NCBI GenBank assembly: GCA_003344405.1
Contig: NOWV01000010.1
Location: 496,001 to 560,000, forward strand
Direction of reading: 5' to 3'
DNA length: 64,000 nucleotides
From: Trichoplax sp. H2
Taxonomy: Eukaryota
Both the position numbers and the translations under genes were made by a program. The notes beneath the pieces are model-generated. The model ran no database searches, was not told where the DNA came from, and saw only the letters and a program-made list of their open reading frames with translations. The number at the start of each line of letters is the position of its first letter. Position 1 is the stretch's first letter. This document shows positions 39,901 through 53,300 of the stretch, piece after piece.

Positions 39901-41053
39901 GTATTACAGGTCAGTAAGCATTCATTATTATAGGTTATCCCAGCAAAGCTTAACATCTCTTTTTTTCATTTACAGTGTGGTGCTGATTCTTTAGGGTGTG
40001 ATCGCTTAGGTTGTTTCAATCTTAGTATAAAAGCTCACGGGTTTGTTGTAAAAGCTATTTTCGCATTGCGTCCAAATTTGTTGTTGTTAATGTGCTTGTT
40101 CTATTTGTAGAGCATGTGTTCAGTTTGTTAAAAGTTTTAATATTCCGACCTTGGTGCTCGGTGGGGGTGGTTATACTATTAGCAATGTATCTAGATGCTG
40201 GTAATATGCGTATTATTATAAATTACAGATCAAGTTTATAGAGTTGCTATTATAAATAACACATCAACTCTGACTTATGCTATTCAGGTGCTACGAGACT
40301 GCTTTATTGGTTGATGCCGACATTACCAATGATCTTCCGTATACTGGTATGAGTGAATCATTTAATTATTGAGAAAGACTATGTTAACTTGAACATATAC
40401 TGACGGATATCACGGTTTATTTTCATGACTTTTTAGAATATTTAGAATATTTTGCTCCCGATTTTTCACTTCATCCTTCGATCAGCTATGCGAGAGCGGA
40501 AAATTTAAATACTAGACAGGTATAACGTCTGAAATTCTAAATAAAGTAACTGCTGTCATATGCTATTTGCATTGTTAAACCGGACTTGGTTCTATACTTA
40601 TGATTATCTACTTGATGTTCTGTTACTTCGCCTTTTGTAGTATCTAGACAATATCATTCAAAGCGTTAACGATAACTTGAAATGTATTACCTCGGCGCCC
40701 GCGGTTCAAATGCAAGCGGTTAGTTCGATAAATAAATTGCTGAAATTTTTCTTCGAATTTATCATGAGGTTATCTACTCGAATTATATATCATTAATCAC
40801 TATGTTAGGTACCTCCTGATTTAATCGATTTTGACTCTGAAAATGAGGATCAAGAACAATATCTAAGCGAAGTAGACCAACCACCAAGGTAAAAAAGTCT
40901 TACAATGCCAATAGAATCTGATTTATAACTATACTAAGTGCTATTAAATTGATTCCTTCAAATTCAAGTATCGAACCAGCTAATGAATACTACGATGGAG
41001 ATTCTGACAATGATAAAGATCTTGGAGTTGATATTGAAACTGCTATCGATTAA
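36938..41053 (+). CDS. HDAC3: Histone deacetylase 3, multi-exon
   Basis: [113 protein letters not shown]. The tail [18 protein letters not shown] is HDAC3-like. Confidence 0.96.
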
Positions 41054-41729
41054 TCAAAGTCTAGTTAATTGATGATGTAATTCGCTTTCTGAAAGGCTAT
41101 CTCTGTTGCGAGGATACAATCCCAATCCACTTTATCGTAACTAACATCCATTGGATATTCCTTACGACTTACAGTAAACTTACTGTATAACCAAGAATCC
41201 GATTTTACAGTGAACATTTTATTGTTTTTTAAATATGATTAGAACGACAGTGGATTTTCTTTTGACATTTTAACAAGGAAACATAAAACGTAATTCATCA
41301 AGATTATCTTTCCATCTTCATACCCAATATGTATATTAAATTAACAGTAAATTTTACATTAAAAATTGTATTTCGTTATTACAAAATATTATGTTAAAAA
41401 ATTGTATTTATAGTAACTGTATTGTACATAGATATGTTATATTCAAGCATTTATCGTAGTTACTTATTTCAATAGTCGAATACTTTGCAAAGTTAAAAAC
41501 ATGCCTCATTTTATGTTGGATCAGAATTACTTCTCATTGGGAATAAATCACGCGATGCTTTTCAAGCCATCAAACTAAATATCAATAATTCTAATTAGAT
41601 ACGTGTATTTATATATTATGCCGAACAAATTGACATTTTAGTGTCACTCATCCCTTATATCAGTAGCTAGGCTAATAGCTATCATGGTCTATTAGCAGCA
41701 AATACCTGCCAATCATTCGACAAGTACAT

Positions 41730-44700
41730 CTAATGCCTCTTAAAACCTTGCCTCTGTCTAGCTAAAAATGAATCACCTCCACTAGAAGCTAATCTATCAT
41801 TCATCGTTTTTTTATGTACTTCAAGACCCTAGCAAGAACAATGTCAGATATTAAATATTAGCGTATTGCTTGTCAGAGTCCAGTACAAGTAATTACGCAA
41901 GCCCTAAATAAAGTTTTCGATGATACTAACCAACTCATACCAAGCAGTTGTAACCAATTTCATTTCACGCTCATGAATAGTTTTCAAGTTTTCGATTTGG
42001 CGCTGCAAAATTCGAAAATTATTATTAACTACCGTGAAAGACCACGACGTGACAACAATTTTTACGCAAACCTCCAAATCTCTGACTCGATACTCTTTTT
42101 CTTGTATTTGACTTTGAAGCGCTTGTAGCTGTTTACGCACGTACGGGACAAGATGATAAAATCAGAAAACAAATTTAGATTTCGTTGAAACACGACTACA
42201 TCTAAGGAATATACAGAAAAATTAAAAATAAACTTAATTAGGTTTAGTAACCTCCGGAGATCCAGTAGCGTTTCTTGGCAATAACTACAACAATAAGAAA
42301 AAGCTCAAATATAAGTACATACAGTATCACGATAAATTTAAATTTCATGCGATTCGTATTTTCTGCGTCCAACGAAGAACATTGCAGAAAAAACAATTAG
42401 GAAAAATACCTGTTTAGCTTTATCCAGAAATTTTTTATATTTATCTTCCAAACGGATCATATCGTTTTCGTTATTCGTAAGCTGGTCTTTCAGTCTACCA
42501 ATATCAGCGTCTATCAATCATTAATTTTACTACAGTTAAAACCCTCAATCGACATTCTTTAATATCAGCTAATTCAAGGTCACAATTATCACCTCGGGAA
42601 GCCAGTTCAGTCTGCATGCTTTTAATAATGTCAGCATTTTTGTTGCCATTCTCTTGCTGAACTTGAATTTCCCTTTCTCGTTTCATAAGAAGACTGCTCT
42701 GTTCATCCACTTTGGATCTAAGATAAAAATGTCCTTAACAATCGAAGTAAACACAATATGTCTATAAGTTGTAAACGATACGTACTGCATATTTTCAATA
42801 GCTTGCTTCAGTTCAATTTTATCCTGAAATAGTGACAAGACGGATAAATTAGATTAAGTTGATTTAAATAATAGTTTCGATATGTTGTCCTTAACTAACA
42901 CGAGTATTGTAAGGTCAATACGCTGATACTCTTGAATACATCTAAAGCAAAATTACCTTATCATCTTCTTTCTGTTGCACTATTTGTGTATTATGCCTGC
43001 ATTTTAAAATTTATATAAAACTAAAATTAATATCAATGAAGAGAATCATGTTTATAATTCTGGCTACTAAATATATGTAAACAGAAGCAAGTGAGGAAAA
43101 TTCTCTTACTTCTCTATAAGATGTTCATTCTCTCTAATAAATAATTTCTTCTCTGCTTCCTCCGCCCGCTTTCTTAGACTCTCATTTTCTGTTTGCAATT
43201 GGATCATCTTTTCCCTGTAATGGTATTGAAATAAGAAGGATACGTCACAATTAACCATATTGTTTATTATAATAAGTCACTGATAAGAAAATTAACAAAA
43301 GTAATTTTCTATTCTAGAGTCGAAATTACATACCTTGCATCGCTATCATTATCTGCCAGTGCTTGCCCTAGTGCATCGTCTAGCGATACAACGCCTGTGC
43401 GCACATTTTAAAATCATTAGAAAAAGAAGGACATGTTAGCAGATACACCAAATTGAATAATATTAAGATTAGTATCTCTCTTACCCGATATTTTTCTCGC
43501 TGATAAATGAGCATTTATCTCGCGTAAACTTTTCATTTCATCAATTAATTTCTTAAAGACAGTCACAGGTCATATCGTTAATGCCAATTATTTATGATGA
43601 ATAAGTTAAGAACCTTCATTACACTCACTAACTTTGTTTTCAAATTCCAATTTATTGCATTTCTCTCTACTGCCATATAAGTCTACTTTAGCCTAGAAAA
43701 GACAGCGTAAGCAGTTTAAATAAGTACACTTAAATTGATAATTGCTTAAAATTACTTACTTCTTCTTCAATCTTTTTACATTCTTCTATGTCCTTCTTCA
43801 ATTGGCTGATCTAGTGAGACAATTAAAAATACTTTCTATTTTCTCTTAAAGCAGACAAACTAGTAATGCAACATAAAAGTACGCATAGTACCTTTTCACT
43901 GTAATATTCATTATGAAATTTCGTTTGTGAATTTTGTTGTTCCAGTTTCTACATACAAATAATAAATTTTACATTATATAAGTATCATAAACTTCCCATC
44001 ACAATTCAATGAAGTGCACAGGTTACTTACTGCCTTTAACTCCGCATTATCCCTAACAAATCCAGCTATTCTATCTTCCAATTTTTTTATTTGATCACGC
44101 TGACCAGCAGCATCATCTACGAAATAAAACATCGGATTATATTGATTTATTAAGGTACAAAAGATAGTACCATACTAAAAGAGCTACAACATGTTTAATT
44201 TGTATTACCTAACTTCTTCTTGTAATTGGTTAATTGAGCTTCGCTTTGTGCCTATATTACGCCATTAAGTAATATTACTTCAATAAATGCAAGTTGTCAC
44301 ATACATAATTTAAATTATACGCTATATGACTTGATTAACTATAAGGTTTCATCCAACTCACCAATTTATCTGCTGTGTGAGATAACTCGTCAACTTTATC
44401 TCTTAATTCTTGTGCTTCTTCTGCTCTCTTACTTAATAGTAATCTCTAAGATATACGTAAAGCGCAATAATAGTGAATAAGACAATAAGTGTCTACAAGT
44501 ATCACATCAGCTATTTGATTCACAGAGTTAGTAATCGTAGTCATGCTACTATTTACTTCTTGTCTAAGCTCGATAAGTATCTTTTCTTGACGTTCTTCAC
44601 GCGTAGTTATTTCGTCTCTTTCTAAAGAATTATACGGGATAAATACCGGCACTATAATAACTATTCAAATTGTTGCTGTACCATAAAAATTTAATAGTTC

Positions 44701-47700
44701 ATTACCAGATTCCAGTGACAAATTTTGCTTCTGCAAAAGCTCAATTTTATTATGAAGATTCTGGAATTTAAAACCAATATCTGTTGTAGGGTCATTTACA
44801 ATACTTTCGACATTGTTATAACGATCTAACAACTCCTTATTAGATGTTAGCTCCTCCTGCAGATTAGCAACTTGATTTTCAAGATCACGGCATTTATTTG
44901 TTAACTCTTTCTTGTCGACTGCTAGGTCATGTATTTCTTGCTCCAATCTTTCTACCCTTTCCTCTTCTATTGATTGATCATTTTGAGATGTGGGAGTCAT
45001 TAGCTCTTGAATTGCTGTCATAATAACCTCTTGTACGGACTGCTCCAACTCCATAATAACTTTAATATAACCTAGTATTAGAAAAATATATCACTTTCAG
45101 ACGGACAAGTTCATTGGTGAAATATTAATCATCAATTCATATCCATGACGATGAGTTTGATAAAACATTATAGAACGATGGTGATTACATAATTCAAATT
45201 ACGTAGCCAACCTATGTGTTAATTAATTTCTAGCTAGCTATCTAATTTACGAAAAATTTTAAATGACACCATTAAAGTATATACTACTACGTATACGTAT
45301 GTCTTAATTAAGGGCTACCTATCATACCTTCTCGATTATTACAGAAGAACGCGCAACCAAGAATGAGCTGTAACATTTTACCTAATTCTTCTTCATCACA
45401 ATTAATAGCTATAATTGAAACAAAGAGTCTCACTTTAAATATTTATCTTAAGCTATTTTAAAAATTTTGTCAAGCTCTGTTAAACCAACCAATTTTTTCT
45501 ACATTTGGCAAGGACAGATTGCTTAAGTCTTGTTTTAATGTCTAATTAAAGGAAGAAATGGGTAGTTTACGAATTGCACTATGCCATTGACATTAGTAGA
45601 AGAACAGTAATAAATAAATAATGATAAAATACATCATTGTATGATGACATATGTTGCATTGATTATAGATATGAACTTAACACTTTACATTATACTACTG
45701 TTTCTCAATAAAACGAACTGTTTAGTGCGTTCACATTTATAACTTGCCTCGTGATAGTAGTATTCTATTCCCCGCAGGACTTTCTTTAAATTGCTAACCT
45801 ACATAATTAGGTAAATAAATGATAAGTATTAGGAAATGGCTATTGAGTTAGTTTATTAATAAAATTGGTTGTCAATATTGATTTAACAGTAGTGATAGCA
45901 TATTGTATCAGTGGGTTAATAAAGATGAGTTTGTTGTAATACTTCATTAGGTATTTTTTAGATACTAGTATCGTGACAAGAAAAGTACGACAACAAGTAT
46001 TTTTTAAATATTTTACATGTATAAATACTACATCGCGCTAAGAGAGTTATACAGTATTTTAACCTGTCAGTGAAAGGGATAATTGATCGAATTAATATAT
46101 ACTACCTCATCTAAGATTAAAAAACGTTAGAGGGATAACTATGTAGTATTCTGGAATCTAATCAAGTTAAAAGTAACTAACAAGAGATCTAATTGTAAAT
46201 TATATCTACATTTCATCATAATAATATCCAGCTATAAGTTCTATAAGTTAATAATTCTAATTATCGGATAACGATAAAATATCGCAATTGCTGAAGTATT
46301 CTCTTAAGAGTACTATATCAGTTATATATTTATGCTGTGGTATGTATACTGTATCATTGTACCTTACATTGAAATTGTAAGACTAGTGAAGATATCGTAA
46401 TTACTGCAAATAAACATATCACGTTGGTGAATCAGGCAGTGCGCTACAGCTTAAAACTCTGAAGACTAATAATCCAACCCGTGAATGGCACATACAGTAA
46501 TTGGCTTTAGTATTATTTAGTTATTCATTCACTATCTATATTAAATGACTTTAAGTTCAAGCTTTATACTATATTATCAATGAATTAAAAAATTGTTGCA
46601 TCAAATCAAATAATCTTCTAAATTGTCTACCAGAAAAGTAGGCACTGCATTGTACATAAAAGTCATAGCAAAATCTTACCTTTAACCGCCAATGGTTAGC
46701 ATCACGCTTGATTCTACTAAGCCATTCTCCACTAAATACAGCAGAAGCTCTAATCAAGCATATCATAAAATTAATAAATGGGTCGTCATATCATTTATTT
46801 TGGCTTATTAGGAGATACACGTATCCGTGTAAGACCTTTGAGACGATATTTAGATAAAATACAATTATTCTCCAGGTGTCAGCGACTAATCTATTTTCTC
46901 TTACTATCCTACATTCTATTTAGATTGTTACATCTATGCAAATTATATAGACTACACAAGTATTACTTCCTCATTATTGTATATGCGCATATAGTTTTAT
47001 TCTCAGTATAAAATATTAAAGAGCAACAACATTAACGAAATCGTATTCATGTTCAATGATTTAATTCAACTGATAACTTAGACTTTATTCTTATCAACTG
47101 TTCTAATAACATTGGTATTATATATATATATATAAATTTATTCAATCTGGTTAAACTAACAAATAGTTTATTCAGCTAGTGTTGTACTTTACAAGTGATG
47201 TTGCAAGTTGTAAATGTTACCATTTTCTCGGTATTGCTTACATCATCATCATTGTACTGTAATCTCTCACAGCAAATATTAAAATGAGAGTAAGAAAAGC
47301 GTGCAAAGCAATTTCAATTGGCCAAAGTTGAGTATCTCCCAATTTTATAATCATATTCTGCCGCACTACTACTGTATCCGTCCGTTTTAATCTACTTATT
47401 GTCCACTACAGTACTGCCATCTCGACTGGCTACGCGATGATCAGCTTCGCTATTGCACATCTACAGTACTATTGATCGCTCTTGTTATATAAATAAAAAT
47501 GCATTTTGGGGACTGTACTTATAGCATTTGGTACGTTATTATTGGTATGAATTTGGTATGACAGAATTGTCGATCTTGACTAAATTCATTGAACTACTTG
47601 TAACGATTGGATGATCATGACAAGTATATGACTACTATAAAAACATTTGCTTGCAGTACAGTATTACTAAAGTTAGAATAAAGCGCTCACTGTCCAAGTA

Positions 47701-48080
47701 GTAGAGCCTCCTTTACCAACTGAAAGTTTTTAAAGGGTTATTTAATACTGTAGTCAGAACCAGCATTATTCACAATTAAATATTTAATTCTACTTTTCTA
47801 GGTTCTACAATTTTTATACTAGGATAGTATATGCTAACATTTTAGACAAGCACTCGGCCATTGCAACACCATCCATTAAGTCTTGGACAGTTTGATGAGG
47901 TCCATTGATGCCATCGAACGTTCCTATCTAAAAATCATGTTATACAATGAGGAAAGTCCAAATTACTTTCAATATCCACCTTCCAGCATCACAATTAGAA
48001 CCAATAGAGTTGAAATCAACAAGATTTTAGTCCATTTTTACCCATATTAATAAGCTTTCGCACAAAACTTCGCTATCCAT
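41730..48080 (-). CDS. HOOK: Hook microtubule-tethering protein (dynein adaptor), multi-exon
   Basis: MDSEVLCESLLIW|IGTFDGINGPHQTVQDLMDGVAMAECLSKI, WLSRIKRDANHWRLK|VSNLKKVL, ELGKMLQLILGCA, IMELEQSVQEVIMTAIQELM, a long coiled coil, then EREMKLVTTAWYEL and SFLARQRQ..* (stop 41730-41732). Confidence 0.93.
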
Positions 48081-48099
48081 TTCATCCAAATGCGCTGAC

Positions 48100-48970
48100 A
48101 AGATCAGTTACTGTACTGTACTAGAAACGTTTATAGTAACGCGTCAAGCCCTTTGACCGTTGTCTCTTATTAATTACAGCTGTTGAAGTGTCCAACTGTC
48201 CATACAGGCGTCCGAGTGTGTCATGTCAGTCTACACTCTACAGTACAGTACAGTTTAGTACAGTGTACAGTACTGTAATATGTACTGTACTGTACTATAC
48301 TACTGTACTATAAATCACGTGACTATCGTGAGTAACGTCCACTAGACCAGTTAAGTTGGATACAAACTTGACTGATCTACTGGGCGCTGCTCGATACGTT
48401 TGCACCATTACGTACACTACTGTACGTACATTGTATGAATAAAAGATAGTAATACTGTACTCAGTAGTCAGTGGCCCGGTGCTGTAGTGTACTCAGTGGA
48501 TATGACGGTACTGGATCGGTGGACATTGTACAGAGCTAAAGTCAAAAGTCTACTGTAAAATCCATATCTACTAAAAATGGCCATACTCGTACTCTTTCCA
48601 CTGTTGCAGCAGCATACCACTTCTGTAGACTACCGTCACTTCTAAAAAGGAAAGAGAGGGATAACCACCGGCCATTCAATATCCCCAAAATGACGGAGCT
48701 GGCCATTGTGCGAGTCATCTCAAGTGAACTGTATGTATATCGAGCACGATACACAGTTGAAGTTGACCGTTACGCGAGTGTCATCCTGATCAGCTAGCTG
48801 CTTGGGTTGGCTTTGCACTGTACAGTATACTGTACTGTAGCGTAGGTACTGTACACTGTAGAGTACTGTACTGTAGAATGGCCGACCAAGCCCAGCCCGC
48901 CCATTCTACTGTACTGTACACAGTGCAGTACAGTGTACAGTAGCTTACCAATGGTGTGTTTCATGTCAGA
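48100..48970. repeat. TACAG/CTGTA-GTAC motif island upstream of HOOK
   Basis: Clusters at 48109-48123, 48234-48310, 48410-48465 and 48817-48945, built from the same units as 15730-16730. Confidence 0.85.
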
Positions 48971-50312
48971 ACTGCCTGATTAATTATACAATTCATATCA
49001 CTAATTTGAACTTGAGTTATTAGCTATGCAGCAGTCTATCAATTCAATTAGTTATTACTCTGGATAACAACTTCCACTTGTAAAATATTGTTTGATAATA
49101 AAAATCACCAAGACTACTTCCATCCCAAGACACCAGCTCTTTATTATACTCGTACGACTGAGTATATAGGATACGGCCAAAGCCGGTAATGTAGCCATTA
49201 CTGGTATTGGCTCACCAGTTTCATACGAATTCCTTTCAAAAAATTTGAAATCATGTTGACAAGTGTATTGTAGTCATATAGGGCTTTTACATGACAGTAC
49301 TCCATTAACGACGAAATACACGACAGATGTTTGCATGGGAGTGTATTAATGTCGTAGATTAATATTTTCCAGTAGACTAAAACTGTAATCGTTATTCGTA
49401 AATTTCTACGAGTACGGTGGATAGATAGACTCGTATGACAGTACAGTATATAATATATAGAACATATACAACTATTATCAGTTATTGTTCTTGCATAGGA
49501 TAGTATGCCATGCCTGCATGATACTGAATAGTAGAAGGAAGTCAAGCCACTTATAGTGAGTGCACTGTCTATGCACATCGAGAGGAAAATTCTCATCTTT
49601 TAAAGACGCAGTAAGTTACATTAGCCCATTTCTCCCTTGAAGTGCCTTTTTCCTTGATCTCCATAAACCATAGAATAGTATAACATCTATTCAATAGGAT
49701 CAGGGGTGAATACAGTTAAGGCATTTATTTAAAATACTATTGCACTTCAAAATAATCAATTAATCGTAAAGTCCACAAAGAAACAATGAAAGAGGAAACT
49801 AAAATTACTCACATAGCTAAATTTCAAAAAATGAAGAGGCGGGAACTTAAGATTAAAATAAATATCCAACTATATAGTGTTAATTTACTATTCATTATCT
49901 CATACAAGTATGAGAACGAAAATTCACATCCATATTCAAGTTAATTTCAATCACTTACTCATGGTTTCACAATTATTGATTGCCTAAGCTATCACTTACT
50001 ATTATTCTAATAGTAGGAGAAATATCCTTAATTACTCAATTGAACTTCAATCGTAATAAAGATCATAATTACCTTATCATCTCATGAGATCCGTGCCTAG
50101 TAAGCTATACAAGTAAGCTAAATGTGGAGGTAATACGCATATATGCATGTACTTGATAACGCAAAAATCCCATCATGATTATGTGACAGTATATACGAAG
50201 ACTACTGAACGATTGCTTAACCCTACCAAAGCATTATTTCTATACTTTATAGAAGACTACAACAGTATGTGCAAATTAATTATTACACCATCAGAGAACA
50301 CCAGCAAATTAA

Positions 50313-53300
50313 TTAAGCTTCCTTTTTCATCGTTTCTTTTCGCGAGCGATTATTATGGAAGCAGAAACGTTGATTGAGAGCATTAATAAAAATGCAAAAT
50401 TTTTCCTAGGGATAGTTCATGTAAAAGTAATAGTAATGAATGACAAAATAGCTGAAATGTACTGCTTTAAATTAGTAAAAGATTCGGTATGAACCATTAA
50501 TACTAGTCATTATTAACTTACGCGATGCTTTCGTTTGAGTCGGCGTTTTTCCTTTTCACGAAGAACTTTATTGTCTCGAATGCTAATAGAATATTCATTC
50601 CATCTACATGTATATTAAGATGATCGACCCATAATAGATTATTAATTTAAATTAACTACTGACTTACATAATTAAGATGAAGGCTTAGTGCTAAAGACTA
50701 ATCGAAAATTGTTCATTTATGTGCTGTAAAACATTTCAAGTATGACTTCTAACGAATAAACTAACCAATATTGTTCAAATATCATTCACATTTAACCATA
50801 TGATACTGCTATATAAGTATGAATCGTATAATAATATTGAAACAGCTCATTCTTACCGCCAATCAAACATAGTTTTACTTTTTTTCTTCGGTTTTGTCGA
50901 AATTTTTCCATCTTCACCCATTTTAAAAATTAATCTTTTCTTGAAATAAATCTGAATGCTCTCTTCGATGCCATCCATACTAAGCGCTACATCAACTATA
51001 CTGTAGGATCTGATTCGAAATGATTTTCTGTAATATAATGAATCATAATTTTATAAATTTATCACAATTTGAATCACTGCATGAAAATAAGAGATAACAC
51101 TATCTTAGACTAGGCATTAAAAAGACTGCAGTACACCAATATGAAATTGTGATATGCGTTCATAATTATCGAAAGTAAAATATTGAAACTTCAAGGGTCT
51201 GACGCATATCCATATAGTCATAAATAAGTATAATATACGAAGATAGTACATACAGGACGTCTACAATCACATCTTCACCAGTAATCGATGCATTAACAGC
51301 TACGATACTATATACGGAAGTTTCTAATAGCAGTGGAAAGCCAGGAGCTGTAGCATTGATTTGGCGAGCTTCATATATCAGCGCAGGCTTAATAAGGAAA
51401 GCTCTTTTATTCAAGAATCGCGAGAACACTTCATTTAAAGTTTCTTCATCAATTTTCCAAATTTTTCTTTCATTCATGATTTGATTTTCAATTCGTTCAG
51501 CTAACACATCCAAGCTCAATTCTTCATTCATTTCTTCATTCATTTCTTCATTCATTTCTTCATTTATTTCTTTATTAAAATGATATAGTGAGATATCTCT
51601 GCAATTATCACAAAATAAAGGATAGGTATTTTAAAATATTGTTAACTTTCATTTCTATAAAGAATTACAGGTATTCTGTGTCCGTTCAAAAATAATCCAG
51701 GCATAGCACTTTACTATACTACATAAAGGCTGAGCATTATATTATTGAGTATATCAGTTTATTATTGCGGTCTAAAGTGCGTAATAAGGTCTTTTCTTTA
51801 TATTTTATAAATCTTTTTTTGACAGCTATTATTTCAATATTATTACCAAGGCTAAATCTGTCAACAGCGATACAAATTACTGATTCCTACTTGAAACTTA
51901 TCCAATTTTACTGTATACCAAATACAAGTATATTAGAAATTTTAAAGTATCTTACTAACAATTATTTAATAATCACACTAGAATATACGTACACGGTCCC
52001 CGGTCTTCGATAGGATTTTCTCTTGCCTGATAAAATATCATATGTAGATATGCATACTTCAAACAGCATCAGATTCCGTTTAACAAAAGTGCTGTGGCAA
52101 AAACTCTTAACATAAATGAAGATCTATATCAAGCTAGGAATCCACATATAAGCATACGTATATCTATGTCATGAACTCTAGTATATCTAGATGTCGTGTC
52201 TATACATATTAATCAAGGCGACAACAATATAGTCTTGACAATGATCAATTCCAACATCAAATATAACTTACATGAATTGTTTGCACAACAACATCATTTA
52301 CTGTCGGAGCAACTTGCAGACTTTCTAATAAAGCTTTTATCTCCATAACAGAACTGGTTCTACTCCAAACGTTTTGAAGTTTTTGTAATATTACAGATGA
52401 TGAACGAGCGGCAATTGCGCCCATAAAGAAATCTCTAAATATGATTAATTTTATGTTAATAAACTGAAAAATTTGCTTTTAGCGTGAAATCGGAATCAAA
52501 TCATCTAACCTCGCGGTTTTTTCTTTATGCATAGAATTCAAATGGCTAAATTCTACCCCATCCATATTAGTACAGTTATATACTCCCATTTCAAATGATT
52601 GCGACCATGATTGAATATTTATTCTATCCTGTTGCGTGATTTGATTTTCATCCTGATTGAGAACAAAGAAGGGTGAGTGCTTCAGAAGCATTATGAGGCA
52701 AACACCAAACATAGTACGAAGAAACTTAATTAAAATTTAATATTATACCATTATTTAAATAAATTACATGCTATACCATTTCGTTTTCAAAAACTTCTTC
52801 GTCAATATACTCTTCCGATAGCTCCCTTAAATTGATTGATGGCTTTTTCAATTCTCCGTTGCCTTTTAGACTCAATATCTAATAAAACATATTAGCATAC
52901 TAGATTCTATGACCATGAATAGCAATGAATAGTAATGAAAATTGTTTGCTTTAAGATTAGTTTTTTCATATAATTACATATAAAAAATCAATGTTCAGTT
53001 TTGCATTTCAATTATGCAATCGAAGTGTGCAAATTATACTCGAAATATCATGACTAATCAAGATACTTTAATCAGTAAAATATAACAAATACGATTCAAT
53101 TTTTAGTGGTTGAGAAAAGTAAAGAACATTTTCCTGGCTGAATGAATGCTGAATGATTGACACAAATAATAACTAAATTTTTTGCATTACCAATTACAAT
53201 TACAAAATCTCTATTGCAATCTCGGTAAATTATCTAAACATAAATAAAAATTTGAACAGATACTACAAGCTTTTAATCTGTTCTTAAATTGTTATTATTT

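Noticed and set aside
43236-43243. U12-type donor GTATCCTT (here on the minus strand, also at ~18684 on the plus strand)
   Set aside because: Both lie inside introns whose boundaries are already explained by ordinary GT-AG sites, not at exon ends.
49198-49596. 132-aa minus-strand ORF as a separate gene or as the last exon of the LLTP paralog
   Set aside because: No recognisable motifs, and I could not link it in frame to the upstream exons.
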